This document shows, in pieces, positions 9,322 to 19,134 of a DNA stretch of 64,000 bases. The notes under the pieces are model-generated. The model did no database searches. It was not told the DNA's origin and was given only the letters and a program-made list of their open reading frames with translations. Position numbers and translations under genes: made by a program. Position 1 is the first letter of the stretch; the number at the start of each line of letters is the position of its first letter. Location: positions 1,952,001 through 2,016,000 of the forward strand of contig OZ255842.1 in NCBI GenBank assembly GCA_965277805.1, written 5' to 3'. This DNA comes from Candidatus Lustribacter sp. (GTDB taxonomy: Bacteria; Vulcanimicrobiota; Vulcanimicrobiia; Vulcanimicrobiales; Vulcanimicrobiaceae).

Positions 9322-12035
9322 AGCTTCTGCTGCAGCGTCAGGGTCAGCTGCGCCGGCGCCAGACCGAACTCTTCACTCGGCGACGGCGCCGCACCGCTCA
9401 CGGTGTTCGTGATCGGCGCCGTGCCCAAGCCGAGATACCCGTAGTCCTGAACGGCTTGGTTGAAGATGTTGGTTCCGCCGAGGGTGATCAACGTGCCCTT
9501 GCCGATCGAGCGGCTGAGGAAGGCATTGCTGCGCCAGTAGGCCGGCCGATTGAGCCCGTTGTTCGTCGATGTGTAGTAGTTATCGATCCGGAACTCCCAC
9601 TTTCCGGGCGCAACGTCGAGCGATATGGTGGCTTGGTGGAGCGGTATGCCCGGAATCTGTGCGCCGTTGACGACGGTCGGATTGCTGGCCAGGATTTCAT
9701 CGCTGATCCCGTCGTGCGTCGACGATTCGACGTAGTAGCCGTAGTCGATGTACACGATCGGACTGAGGCGCTGACGACCCGTAACCTCGATCCCGCGCGC
9801 CAGCGCCTGGGACGCATTGAAGGTGGTGGACACGGAGAGATACTGAGGCAGCGAAGCCATGGTGATGTTTTGACCCGGGCACTGCGACTGCAGCCGCGTG
9901 AGATACGTCTGCAGCGCGCCGGGCGCGAACACGACGTTTCCGAGGCCGTACTGCAGCAACGGCTGCGAGGCACCGAAGAGCTGGTTGGTGACCGACGTGA
10001 CGTAACCGTTGAGTTGAATATTGCTGTCGCCGTTGAAGCGATGACCGATACCCACTTCGAAGTCGTTCGCGCTCTCGGCTTGCAGATTCGGATTGCCGGC
10101 ACTGGTGACATCGTTGAAGCCGGTGCAGCTGACGCTCGTGAGGCTCGCACCCGGATCCGATGCAACCGCGGCGCCGGCCAGTTTGAGCTGCGGCGAGGGT
10201 GCGCCGTCCGAACGTCCGTAGGTGAACTGCACAACGTCGTTTCGCGTCGGCCGCAGCTGCAGCGTGGCGCGCGGATCGAACGTCGTTTGTGCGGTGACCG
10301 ACGAGTGCTTCAACCACGCATTGAGGAAGAATGACAATTGCTTCGTGATCGTGTACGTATCGCGCAGGAAGTAACTCCACTCACCGAAGTATCCGGTCGG
10401 GATCTCCGGGTTGATGCCCGAGGCATCGTCTTCGATGCCGTCTTGTAATTGGTGCCACGTGGTGAAGCCGAACGCGATGTCGTGGTTACCGAGCATAAAC
10501 TCGTCGGAAGCGAGAAAACCGAGCGTGTTATAGTAGTCGGCGAACGTGGGCGTGCCCAGCAGGTTGCCGTTCGCATCGACGCCGCCCGCGTAGCCGCTGT
10601 CTTTCCAGTAGGTGTAGTTATCGGCGAAACCCGAGAACGTGAAGTTGTGGATGCCCGCCGTGGTGGTGATGGAAGCACTGTAGTCGCGCAGGGTCGTCGA
10701 ACGGTTGCGGCCGGCACCGCCGCCGTCAGGACCCGAGGTCGCCGCGGCAAACTGCTGCGCGGTGTCGCACTGTGTCGTGCCGGCAATCGGATCGGTCGTC
10801 ACCGTATATCCCGCAACGCCGCTACCGGTGATGCAGTTCGTGGCGCCGCTCTGAACCTGTCCCAAGCGCGTCGAGAAGGGCAGGAAGTCGTTGTCCCCGT
10901 TACCGGTCGAGTCCGACCATTGGACGGCGTCGTAGGCTTCGGTATTGAGGTGTGTCGCCGGACTGAGCGCATACGTCAGTTTCGCCAAGCCTACCGTCTG
11001 CTGAGTGTTCTGACTGACTTCGTAGGTGTTGACGGCCAAGTTACACGCGCTGACGTCGGTCGAACTACCGGCGCAAGCGCCGTTCGGGTTGACCGAATTC
11101 GGCTGCACGTTGTCCGGACGCGCCGATTGCGCGCTCATGCCCGGATAGAAGTCGCCGTACTCGCCGAGGCGCCCGCCGGCCAAGGCATAACCGAGCTTGC
11201 CGAGCGTTCCGGTTGCAGTGATGCCGGTCGAGAGAATGCCGAAGCCGCCGATTTGCTGCTGGAACGAGAACTGGGGCGTAGCCGTCGGATTGATCGTCAC
11301 GAAATTCACGGCGCCGCCGATCGTATCGCTGCCGAACAGCCCTTGTGCACCGGAACCATAGGTGACGTTGACTTGGCTCAAGCCGAACGCCGGCCCGAGC
11401 GAGAAGTTGAAGCCGCCGCTGCCGACGCCGAGTGGTCCGACCGGATGTCCGTCGAGCAGCGCAGTGGTTTCATCGCTGCCGAAGCCGCGCAGATTGAGGC
11501 TGACGTCGTCGCCCACTGATGAACTCGTCGAGACGTTCGTTGCCGGCAGCGCCGCCAACTGATCGACGACGCGAATTTGACCGGTGCGCGTGAGGTCGGC
11601 CGCGCTGATCGACTGGGAAATCGTCGTCGCCGCGCTGAGTGCGTTCGAGTTGCTCACGCGGCCGATAACGGTCGTTTGACCAACGCTGGTCGCAGAACGC
11701 GACAGCCCGGCGTTTACCGACGTCGTGCCGGCAACGACGACGCCGTTGCTTTCCGAGATGTCATAGCCACTGGCCGAAATCGAAATGTTGTAAAGACCGG
11801 GAGCAACGCCCGCGATCGTATAGCGCCCACTTGCATCCGTTGTGCTCGAAGCAATGCTATTTGAATCCTGGCGAACGCTGACCGTTGCTCCCGCGATCGG
11901 GAGCGCACCCTTCTGGTCGACGACTAAACCGGTAATGGTTGCCGTCGCCGCTTGCGCGAACGCCGAACCACCCATAGAAAATAAAAGTGCGGCACATAGC
12001 AATGCCGCACAGACGCGTACGAATCCGTTTTTCAT
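9318..12035 (-). CDS. TonB-dependent receptor with N-terminal carboxypeptidase-regulatory-like domain
   Basis: Signal peptide, ITGLVVD..G.PIAGATV domain, plug motifs (LRGFG, LLDGHP, IGGAVNFVT), GNPNLQAESA and a beta-barrel-like C-terminus. Confidence 0.85.
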   Translation of the reverse strand: MKNGFVRVCAALLCAALLFSMGGSAFAQAATATITGLVVDQKGALPIAGATVSVRQDSNSIASSTTDASGRYTIAGVAPGLYNISISASGYDISESNGVVVAGTTSVNAGLSRSATSVGQTTVIGRVSNSNALSAATTISQSISAADLTRTGQIRVVDQLAALPATNVSTSSSVGDDVSLNLRGFGSDETTALLDGHPVGPLGVGSGGFNFSLGPAFGLSQVNVTYGSGAQGLFGSDTIGGAVNFVTINPTATPQFSFQQQIGGFGILSTGITATGTLGKLGYALAGGRLGEYGDFYPGMSAQSARPDNVQPNSVNPNGACAGSSTDVSACNLAVNTYEVSQNTQQTVGLAKLTYALSPATHLNTEAYDAVQWSDSTGNGDNDFLPFSTRLGQVQSGATNCITGSGVAGYTVTTDPIAGTTQCDTAQQFAAATSGPDGGGAGRNRSTTLRDYSASITTTAGIHNFTFSGFADNYTYWKDSGYAGGVDANGNLLGTPTFADYYNTLGFLASDEFMLGNHDIAFGFTTWHQLQDGIEDDASGINPEIPTGYFGEWSYFLRDTYTITKQLSFFLNAWLKHSSVTAQTTFDPRATLQLRPTRNDVVQFTYGRSDGAPSPQLKLAGAAVASDPGASLTSVSCTGFNDVTSAGNPNLQAESANDFEVGIGHRFNGDSNIQLNGYVTSVTNQLFGASQPLLQYGLGNVVFAPGALQTYLTRLQSQCPGQNITMASLPQYLSVSTTFNASQALARGIEVTGRQRLSPIVYIDYGYYVESSTHDGISDEILASNPTVVNGAQIPGIPLHQATISLDVAPGKWEFRIDNYYTSTNNGLNRPAYWRSNAFLSRSIGKGTLITLGGTNIFNQAVQDYGYLGLGTAPITNTVSGAAPSPSEEFGLAPAQLTLTLQQKL

Positions 12036-12104
12036 GTCCCCAGGATGTACGCGAGATTTCTTAACAGCAGTTGATGAATATCTTAAGAAAACATCATCAA
12101 GCGG

Positions 12105-12138
12105 CTGTCATGTTTTGTTCATCGAAAAGCGATAGCAT
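12105..12138 (+). promoter_or_regulatory. Pho-box-like site CTGTCAT-GTTT-TGTTCAT followed 10 nt later by a -10 element TAGCAT
   Basis: Half-sites at 12105-12111 and 12116-12122, TAGCAT at 12133-12138, GTG start at 12147 with no Shine-Dalgarno. Confidence 0.55.
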
Positions 12139-12146
12139 CCCTGTTT

Positions 12147-13049
12147 GTGTTGATTCCCGCACTTCCGCCACAGCCTGTTCCGGTGTTCAGTGGGTTCGAT
12201 TACGTCACGATCGACGCGCACCGCCGCCGCGTCTTTGCAGCGCACGGCGGCAGCAAAGCACTTCTCATCGTTGACGCCGACAGCGGTAAGGTCATCGGTC
12301 AGGTGCGCGTCGGCCCTATGGCGGGTTCGGCGGTCGAACCCACGACCGGTCACGTCTTCACCGGTAACGGCGATAGTGACAGCATCAGCGAGGTCGATCC
12401 CGTTACGCTGAAAGTCGTGCGCACCGTCGATGTCGGTGGGCCTGTCGATGCGCTTACGTACGATCCGGCCAACGGCCAAATCTACGGCGCGGAAGATGAC
12501 GGCACACATCTCTTCGTGGTCGATGCGAAGACGTTCAAGCTGATGAAGTCAATTTCGATCCCCGGCCATCATCCGGAGTTCCTCGTTCCGGATCCGCAAA
12601 CGCATGACGTCTACGTGAACATCGACGACTTGAGCGAAATCGCCGTGATCGACCCGAAGACGCTGACCGTGAAGCGCACGATCCCGACCCCGGAAATCAA
12701 AGCCAACCATCCGCTGCAATACGATCAGGATTTTCACCAGATCGTTGTGTCCGGGAATAACGGTGTGATGAGCGCCTATACACCGGCAGGTAAGCTGATC
12801 GGATCACTCACGGTACCGCGCTTCGACCAGTGCAACCTCGACCCGACGCAGCACGTCCTTGCGTGTGCCGGCGGCGGCGGTCTCACGCGTTATCAACTCA
12901 AAGCCGGGGCTGCGCCGGCACTGATCGACTCGGTCTCGGTGAACGCCGGCGTCCATACCACCGCAATCGATCCAACGACGCACGCCGTATTTACCGTGTG
13001 GTCGAACGCCGACGGATCAGGGGACTTCGTTCAGAAGTTCAACCCCTAG
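12147..13049 (+). CDS. YncE-family beta-propeller protein
   Basis: Repeated blades: FDYVTIDAHRRRVF, VEPTTGHVFTGNG, YDPANGQIY, PDPQTHDVYVN, IDPTTHAVF. Confidence 0.8.
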   Translation: MLIPALPPQPVPVFSGFDYVTIDAHRRRVFAAHGGSKALLIVDADSGKVIGQVRVGPMAGSAVEPTTGHVFTGNGDSDSISEVDPVTLKVVRTVDVGGPVDALTYDPANGQIYGAEDDGTHLFVVDAKTFKLMKSISIPGHHPEFLVPDPQTHDVYVNIDDLSEIAVIDPKTLTVKRTIPTPEIKANHPLQYDQDFHQIVVSGNNGVMSAYTPAGKLIGSLTVPRFDQCNLDPTQHVLACAGGGGLTRYQLKAGAAPALIDSVSVNAGVHTTAIDPTTHAVFTVWSNADGSGDFVQKFNP

Positions 13050-13084
13050 GATGTGATAGTTCCACTTTCGCGGAAAATCGCGAG

Positions 13085-14722
13085 GTGGAAACGTTGCACA
13101 CACCTGTGCTGATCGCGGGCGGCGGCCCGGTTGGGTTGACGCTCGCCATCGACCTGGGTTCGCGCGGCATCGCATGCACGCTGATCGAGCGGAAAGACGC
13201 GCCGGCGTTCTTGCCCAAGATGGAGCGCTGCAACGCGCGGACGCTCGAGATCTTCCGGCGCATGGGAATCGCGGATCGCGTGCGCGCAGCGGGGTACCCG
13301 ACGGCGTATCCGATGGACGTTTACCACATCATCACAATGATGGATCCGCCGCTCGCTCGCGTGCCGTATCCGTCGGTTGATGAAGCGCGGGCGGAGGCAG
13401 CGAGCCGCAACGATGGGATTATGCCGCTCGAGCCCTATCAGCTCATCTCGCAGTATACGCTCGAGCCGCTGCTCAAAGAAATCGCCGAAGAGAACCCGCT
13501 CGTCGACGTGCGCTTCGGTCACGAATTGCTTTCATTCGAGCAAGATCCCGACGGCGTCACCGCGCAAGTCCGCACGACGGACGGCCGCGATCTCGCGTTC
13601 CGTTCATCGTATCTGGCCGGCACCGACGGCGGCACGAGCACCGTGCGCAAACAGCTGGGCTTCGGGATGGACGGTCAAGCCGACATCCGGCGCATGGTGC
13701 AAGCGCTCTACCGGTGCGATACGCTCTACGACGTCGTGCCGATCGGTCATGGGCGACACTACAAGGTCTCCGATCAGTATAGCTCGGGCGTGGTGTGCCA
13801 GGATTCGTGCCGCCACTTCTCCATCAACGCCGAGAACTGCACGCCCGAAGAGATGAAGACCATTTTCGCGAACGTTCTCGGTGCGCCGATTCCGTTCGAG
13901 ATGATCGCGTCCGCGCCGTGGCGCCACAATCTGCTCTGCGCGCAACGCTATCTCGACGGTCGCGTGATGCTAGCCGGCGATTCGGCGCACTTAGTCATTC
14001 CGACCGCCGGCCTCGGCCTCAATACCGGCATCGGCGATGCGATCGACCTCTCGTGGAAGCTCGCCGCGCTCCTATGGGGCTGGGGCGGACCGCAGTTGCT
14101 GCAAGCGTACGAAGATGAGCGGCGGCAGATTGGCGTGCGCAACGTGCGCGCTTCGGGGAACGCAACGGCCGATCGGCGCGAACGGCGTGAAGAGCACTGG
14201 GTGCCGTGGATCAAAGAAGACAGCGACCGCGGCCGCGAGGCCCGCGAACGCGTTGCGGAACTCGCGGTGCTCGAGGCGCACAAGACCACGATCATCACCG
14301 GCATCGAGCGCGGGTATCGCTACACCAACTCCGCGCTGCTGTGGCCGGAAACGGGTGACGGCCCCGACCCCGACGCGATCGACTACGTCCCGACCACGTG
14401 GCCGGGTGCGCGGCTTCCGCACATGTGGTGCAAGGACGGCAGCGCACTGCTCGATCGCCTTGGACCGTGGTTTACGGTGCTGCGCTTTGGAAATGCCGTG
14501 GATACGTCCGGCATCGAACGGGCGCTGAGCGCGGCAAACGCTCCGTACGGCACGCTGGCACTCGACGACGACGAGCCCGCGCACGATGTCTACGGCGGCT
14601 ACGGCGCGTTCCTCATTCGGCCGGATCTGCACGTCGCGTGGCGCGGCACCGCAACGCCGCGCGACCCGGCCGCGATCGTCGCCGTTGCAACCGGCGGATC
14701 GGACGGACGACGCAAACCCTAG
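13085..14722 (+). CDS. FAD-dependent monooxygenase (aromatic hydroxylase, FAD_binding_3 type)
   Basis: VLIAGGGPVG, DG motif (GTDGGTSTVRK), GD motif (LAGDSAH...GLGLNTGIGDA), PGARLPH. Start is GTG 13085 or TTG 13094. Confidence 0.88.
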   Translation: METLHTPVLIAGGGPVGLTLAIDLGSRGIACTLIERKDAPAFLPKMERCNARTLEIFRRMGIADRVRAAGYPTAYPMDVYHIITMMDPPLARVPYPSVDEARAEAASRNDGIMPLEPYQLISQYTLEPLLKEIAEENPLVDVRFGHELLSFEQDPDGVTAQVRTTDGRDLAFRSSYLAGTDGGTSTVRKQLGFGMDGQADIRRMVQALYRCDTLYDVVPIGHGRHYKVSDQYSSGVVCQDSCRHFSINAENCTPEEMKTIFANVLGAPIPFEMIASAPWRHNLLCAQRYLDGRVMLAGDSAHLVIPTAGLGLNTGIGDAIDLSWKLAALLWGWGGPQLLQAYEDERRQIGVRNVRASGNATADRRERREEHWVPWIKEDSDRGREARERVAELAVLEAHKTTIITGIERGYRYTNSALLWPETGDGPDPDAIDYVPTTWPGARLPHMWCKDGSALLDRLGPWFTVLRFGNAVDTSGIERALSAANAPYGTLALDDDEPAHDVYGGYGAFLIRPDLHVAWRGTATPRDPAAIVAVATGGSDGRRKP

Positions 14723-15900
14723 TTCGGGATCATCCCGTGCGGATCGATCACGTACTTGTGCGCCGCGCCCTTGTCGAACTCAGCATAGCCACGCGGCGCG
14801 TCGTCGAGCCGGATCACTTCGACGTTGACGATATCGGCGATCTGGATGCGGTCCCAGAGAATCGCTTGCATCAGTTGCCGGTTGTATTTGAGCACCGGCG
14901 TTTGCCCGGTTGAGAACGAGAGCGATTTCGCCCAGCCCAATCCTAAGCGCAGGCTCAAATTGCCGGTCTTCGCGGCGTCGTCGCCGGCACCGGGATCTTC
15001 GGTAACGTACAGACCGGGAATTCCAACGGCACCGCCCGCGCGCGTGACGTTCATCATCGCGTTCAGCACGACGGCGGGCTGCTCGTGACCGTGGCCGTCG
15101 CTCGCCTCGAAACCCACGGCATCGACGGCTGAGTCAACCTCCGGCACGCCGAGAATCTGTTCGATTTGTTCAGGGATCGGCGCTTTCGAGACGTCGACCG
15201 TTTCAAAGCCGTGTTTTTTCGCGTGCGCAAGGCGATCCGGATTCAGGTCACCGACGATCACGCACGCCGCGCCGAGCAACCGCGCCGACGCTGCCGCAGC
15301 CATGCCGACCGGTCCCGCACCGGCGATGTACACGGTTGAACCGGGACCGACGCCGGCGGTCACTGCGCCGTGGAAGCCCGTCGGAAAGATGTCGGTCAGA
15401 CAGGTAAGATCGCGAATTTTCGCAAGCGCTTGCGCTTTGTCGGGAAACTTCAGCAAGTTGAAATCGGCGTACGGCACGGTGACGTACTCGGCTTGACCGC
15501 CGATCCATCCACCCATATCGACGTAGCCGTACGCGCCGCCCGGTCGCGCCGGATTCACGTTGAGGCAGATGCCTGTCTTCTGCTCCTTGCAATTGCGGCA
15601 TCGTCCGCAGGCAACGTTGAACGGTACCGAAACGAGATCGCCGACCTTGATGAATTCGACGTCCGATCCGGCCTCGATGACTTCGCCTGTGATCTCGTGA
15701 CCGAGCACGATGCCCTTCGGCGCCGTCGTGCGGCCGCGCACCATGTGCTGGTCGCTGCCGCAGATGTTCGTTGACACGACCTTAAGGATGACGCCGTGAT
15801 TGAGTTTGCGATTGCCGAGCTCGAGTTTCGGAAAGTCGATCGACTGTACTTCGACGTGCCCGGGTCCGGTGTAGACGATACCGCGATTAGAAGCCATCAT
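14719..15900 (-). CDS. fdhA: Glutathione-independent formaldehyde dehydrogenase
   Basis: TNICGSDQHMVRGRTTA, GHE, CGRCRNCK zinc ligands, GGAYGYVDMGGWIGGQAEY, GIPGLYVTEDPGA. Confidence 0.92.
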   Translation of the reverse strand: MMASNRGIVYTGPGHVEVQSIDFPKLELGNRKLNHGVILKVVSTNICGSDQHMVRGRTTAPKGIVLGHEITGEVIEAGSDVEFIKVGDLVSVPFNVACGRCRNCKEQKTGICLNVNPARPGGAYGYVDMGGWIGGQAEYVTVPYADFNLLKFPDKAQALAKIRDLTCLTDIFPTGFHGAVTAGVGPGSTVYIAGAGPVGMAAAASARLLGAACVIVGDLNPDRLAHAKKHGFETVDVSKAPIPEQIEQILGVPEVDSAVDAVGFEASDGHGHEQPAVVLNAMMNVTRAGGAVGIPGLYVTEDPGAGDDAAKTGNLSLRLGLGWAKSLSFSTGQTPVLKYNRQLMQAILWDRIQIADIVNVEVIRLDDAPRGYAEFDKGAAHKYVIDPHGMIPN

Positions 15901-15945
15901 TCCGTTGTTGGCCAGACGGCTGAATTGTCTTCGTCGATCGAGCGC

Positions 15946-17841
15946 TTACGGCTTGAGCGGTAAGAGCGCGCGGACTTCGGTGCCGCCGCTGCCACGTGCC
16001 TCGACGGAAAGGTGCGCGGCGAGCGCCTGCATGAGGAACAGGCCACGGCCGTTTTCTTCGAGCGGCTCACGTGGCGCGGTTCCCGGCCGCCGGATTATTC
16101 CGGGGCCTTCGTCGCGGACGGTGATCGCGAGTCCCTCATGCAAACGATCGATGAGCACCTCGACCTGGCCGGGCGCGTGCTGGACCGCATTTGCCAGCGC
16201 TTCGCCCAAAATGATCTGCGCGGCGAAGACCGCGTCATCATCCATCTCGAGCAGTTTGGTGAGTTTCGCAAGATCCGATCGCGCGTTCCGCGCGGCCGTA
16301 TTATCACTCGAATGGAAGCGCCAATGGCTATGCGTACTGCGCTGCGCGACCAGCAAGACCACGTCGTCGAGCGGCTGCACGCTGCCGAGCACGGCGTCGA
16401 GCACCGCCCGTGCCGGAGCCTGCGCCGAGGCCGCATCTGCTAGGGACGCGATCGCGCGCTTGATCGCATCTTCGGCAGCCGGAATGTTGCGCGCGAACTC
16501 CGTCAGCCCGTCGCTATAGAATGCCAGCACGAAATTATGCGGTAATGCAATGCGCTGCGTCGTGACCTGCGGGTCATCGGCGACGCCCAATGGCAGCCCG
16601 CCCCACTGCAGCTCGACCGGCGGCGCGCCCCCGCCCGGTGCGAGAAACGGCGGCGGGTGGCCCGCCGTTGCGTAGCACAGCTCCGTGCATTCACGATCGA
16701 TGTAGCCGAAGATTGCGGTTGCATAAATATCGGGGTGTCCGAAGCGCAGCACGCGGTTGAGGATGGTGAGCACTTCGGCCGGATCGGACGAGGTGAGCGC
16801 GCCGATCGTTGCCGCTTGGCGCAGTTTGCCGGCCGTCACCGCAGCCGAAAGACCGTGACCCGTCACATCGCCGACGCAAATCAGCGTTCGGCCATCGGGC
16901 AGCTCCGCCGCATCATACCAGTCGCCGCCGACGAGCGCGCCCTCTTCGGCCGGCATGTAGGCCGCATCGAATCGAAGGTGCTTCGAGCGCGGAAGCGTCT
17001 GCGGCAGGACCGCCGCCTGCGCTTCCGCTTCTTTTTTGAGCGTGACGTCGGTTGCGGCACCGATCCACTCGGTGATTTCACCGTTCGCATCAAGCAACGG
17101 AACGGCGTGCGAGTGCGTCCAGCCGAGCGTTCCGTCGACGCGAATGACGCGGTATTCCAACTCAAACGGCGTCTTGGTTGCGATGGCCGCCTCGATGTGT
17201 GCCAAGACGCCGGCCTGATCGTCCGGATGGATATATTTCTTTAACCAGCTGCGGTTGGGCGCGGACGTGCTGACGATGAAGTCGCGGCCGTCGAGCCCGG
17301 ACATCTCGCTCCAGTCGGGATTCATGCGGTACGCGACGTCCGAACTCGTTGCGACGAAGGCGCGAAAGCGCTGCTCGCTCTCGTGCAGCGTTTGCTCCCG
17401 GCGCCGCCGTTCGATCAGATCGGCCGCCTGACGGGCCAGAATGTCGAGCAGCCGCAGTTCGTGTTCCGACGGCTGATGCGGGCGCGACCAATGCGTCGAG
17501 ATCATGCCGAGCAACTGGCCGGTACGCGAGAAGAGCGCCTTGGCTTCGGTGCTAACCCACTGCCGGTATTCTTCCACGTCCGGCCTGAAACCGCACGACG
17601 CTAAGAGTCGCAGTTCGCCGCTTGCTCCCCGTTCCGGAAAGAGCATCTGCAACGATCCGGCGTCGGAGGCCATGATCGTAACCGCGGCCTCAACGAACTT
17701 TTCGTATAGCGCGTCCACGTTCTCTTCGTGGATCATCATCGCACTCAACGATTGCAGCAGCTTCAATTCGGAGAGCTCGGACGGGTTCACGCGATAGACG
17801 TCCTCCAAATTCGTGGTTTGCCCGCTTTCAGGGAAGCTCAA
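15946..17841 (-). CDS. GAF(short)-PAS-PP2C (SpoIIE) phosphatase fused to an RsbW-like HATPase
   Basis: PAS (IHPDD...EYRVIRVDG), VGGDWYD, GDVTGHG, YSDGLTE, DDV, then EALANAVQHA, DEGPG, GRGLFLM. Confidence 0.85.
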   Translation of the reverse strand: MSFPESGQTTNLEDVYRVNPSELSELKLLQSLSAMMIHEENVDALYEKFVEAAVTIMASDAGSLQMLFPERGASGELRLLASCGFRPDVEEYRQWVSTEAKALFSRTGQLLGMISTHWSRPHQPSEHELRLLDILARQAADLIERRRREQTLHESEQRFRAFVATSSDVAYRMNPDWSEMSGLDGRDFIVSTSAPNRSWLKKYIHPDDQAGVLAHIEAAIATKTPFELEYRVIRVDGTLGWTHSHAVPLLDANGEITEWIGAATDVTLKKEAEAQAAVLPQTLPRSKHLRFDAAYMPAEEGALVGGDWYDAAELPDGRTLICVGDVTGHGLSAAVTAGKLRQAATIGALTSSDPAEVLTILNRVLRFGHPDIYATAIFGYIDRECTELCYATAGHPPPFLAPGGGAPPVELQWGGLPLGVADDPQVTTQRIALPHNFVLAFYSDGLTEFARNIPAAEDAIKRAIASLADAASAQAPARAVLDAVLGSVQPLDDVVLLVAQRSTHSHWRFHSSDNTAARNARSDLAKLTKLLEMDDDAVFAAQIILGEALANAVQHAPGQVEVLIDRLHEGLAITVRDEGPGIIRRPGTAPREPLEENGRGLFLMQALAAHLSVEARGSGGTEVRALLPLKP

Positions 17842-17866
17842 ACTGCGCCATCCGGATAGCTGAGCG

Positions 17867-18666
17867 CTAGCTTAATCTCATCGCGGCCGTTAACCGCAAC
17901 CGGCTCGCTTCATCCGGGATCTGCACGACGAGACCGGAGGTTGTTCCCGGATCGGTTAGCGTCAAGGCTTCGTAGGTGAACGCCCCGATAGCAGATTCGA
18001 TCGTGCACGTGTTCGTCACTTGCGGATCGCGGACTTCATAGGCGTTCCAGAGCTCGCGCGTTTCCGGTTGAGCGATGAGTTGGGCTCGGAGTGTTTGCAG
18101 AGCGAGCAAATGCGGGCGCCGTCCAACCGACGAGCGGAGCATTGCTACGACGGGCGCGATGTTCGAAACGAAATGGGGCCCGTGCAGCTCCCGCGCTCGC
18201 GGGTCGAGAAACAGCCGTTCAACGGCATTGAACGTGACTTCGCTTTCGGCCGCCAGACGCGGCGAAAGGCCGCGTTCGAGGCAAGCACATCCCACGACGC
18301 GGCGATGATGTAGGCGGGAAAACTCAGCGCCGTGAGCGTTTCGCGCAGCAGGACGCTTGGTTCTTTCAGTTCCTCGGCGGGGGTTACGCCGGTGAGCGTC
18401 ATGAGATAGTTACGCTCGGACTCCGAAAGGCGCAGCGCGTTCGCAACAGCGAGGACCGTTTGCTCCGAGACCCCGGCGGCGTCGCCGCTTTCGAGAGCGG
18501 TATACCATGAGACGCCGATGCCGGCGAGTGCGGCAACCTCTTCACGCCGCAGGCCGGGGACCCGTCGCCGTCCGGTTACGGCGATTCCGGCTTCAGCCGG
18601 GCTCAGGCGCGCTCTGCGGTCCTGCAGAAACCGGCGCAGCTCAAGTCGTTGCTCTCGATCGTTCAT
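17867..18666 (-). pseudogene. XRE HTH / MmyB-like ligand-binding regulator split by a frameshift near 18250
   Basis: The N-terminal frame has [27 protein letters not shown] and PAYIIAASWDVLASNAAFRRVW. The MmyB-like part continues in another frame (FNAVERLFLDPRAR...RELW) to the stop at 17867. Confidence 0.75.
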
Positions 18667-18735
18667 CGTTACACTACCAAAGGTACGTTTGCGGGGCCGG
18701 TTTCTCCGGTCGCGCGCGGCGCCTATACTTGCGCT

Positions 18736-19134
18736 ATGAACATTCAGCGTGCGGGCTCGCAGCCATCAGCCAAGGGCCCTGGGGAACACTTTACCGGTTA
18801 CGTCCGGATCGATCCGTTATTCGCCGCCGAAGAGCCGGCTCGTGTTAGCGGCGGCGTGGTCACGTTTGAGCCGTGCGCGCGATCCGATTGGCATACGCAT
18901 CCGCTCGGTCAAAAGCTGATCGTTCTTTCGGGGTTCGGTCGCATTCAATCGTGGGGCGGTCCGATCGAAGAACTGCGGCCGGGTGACGTCGTCATCGCTG
19001 CGCCCGGCGAAAAGCACTGGCACGGTGCAGCTCCGGCAACAGCCATGACACACATCGCGATTCAAGAAGCGCTCGACGGCAAGAACGTCGATTGGCTCGA
19101 AAAGGTCAGCGACGAGCAGTACAACGCGAAATGA
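18736..19134 (+). CDS. Cupin domain protein
   Basis: [35 protein letters not shown]. Confidence 0.88.
   Translation: MNIQRAGSQPSAKGPGEHFTGYVRIDPLFAAEEPARVSGGVVTFEPCARSDWHTHPLGQKLIVLSGFGRIQSWGGPIEELRPGDVVIAAPGEKHWHGAAPATAMTHIAIQEALDGKNVDWLEKVSDEQYNAK

Noticed and set aside
13052-13067. CRP-like site TGTGA...
   Set aside because: The second half-site and the spacing do not fit TGTGA-N6-TCACA.
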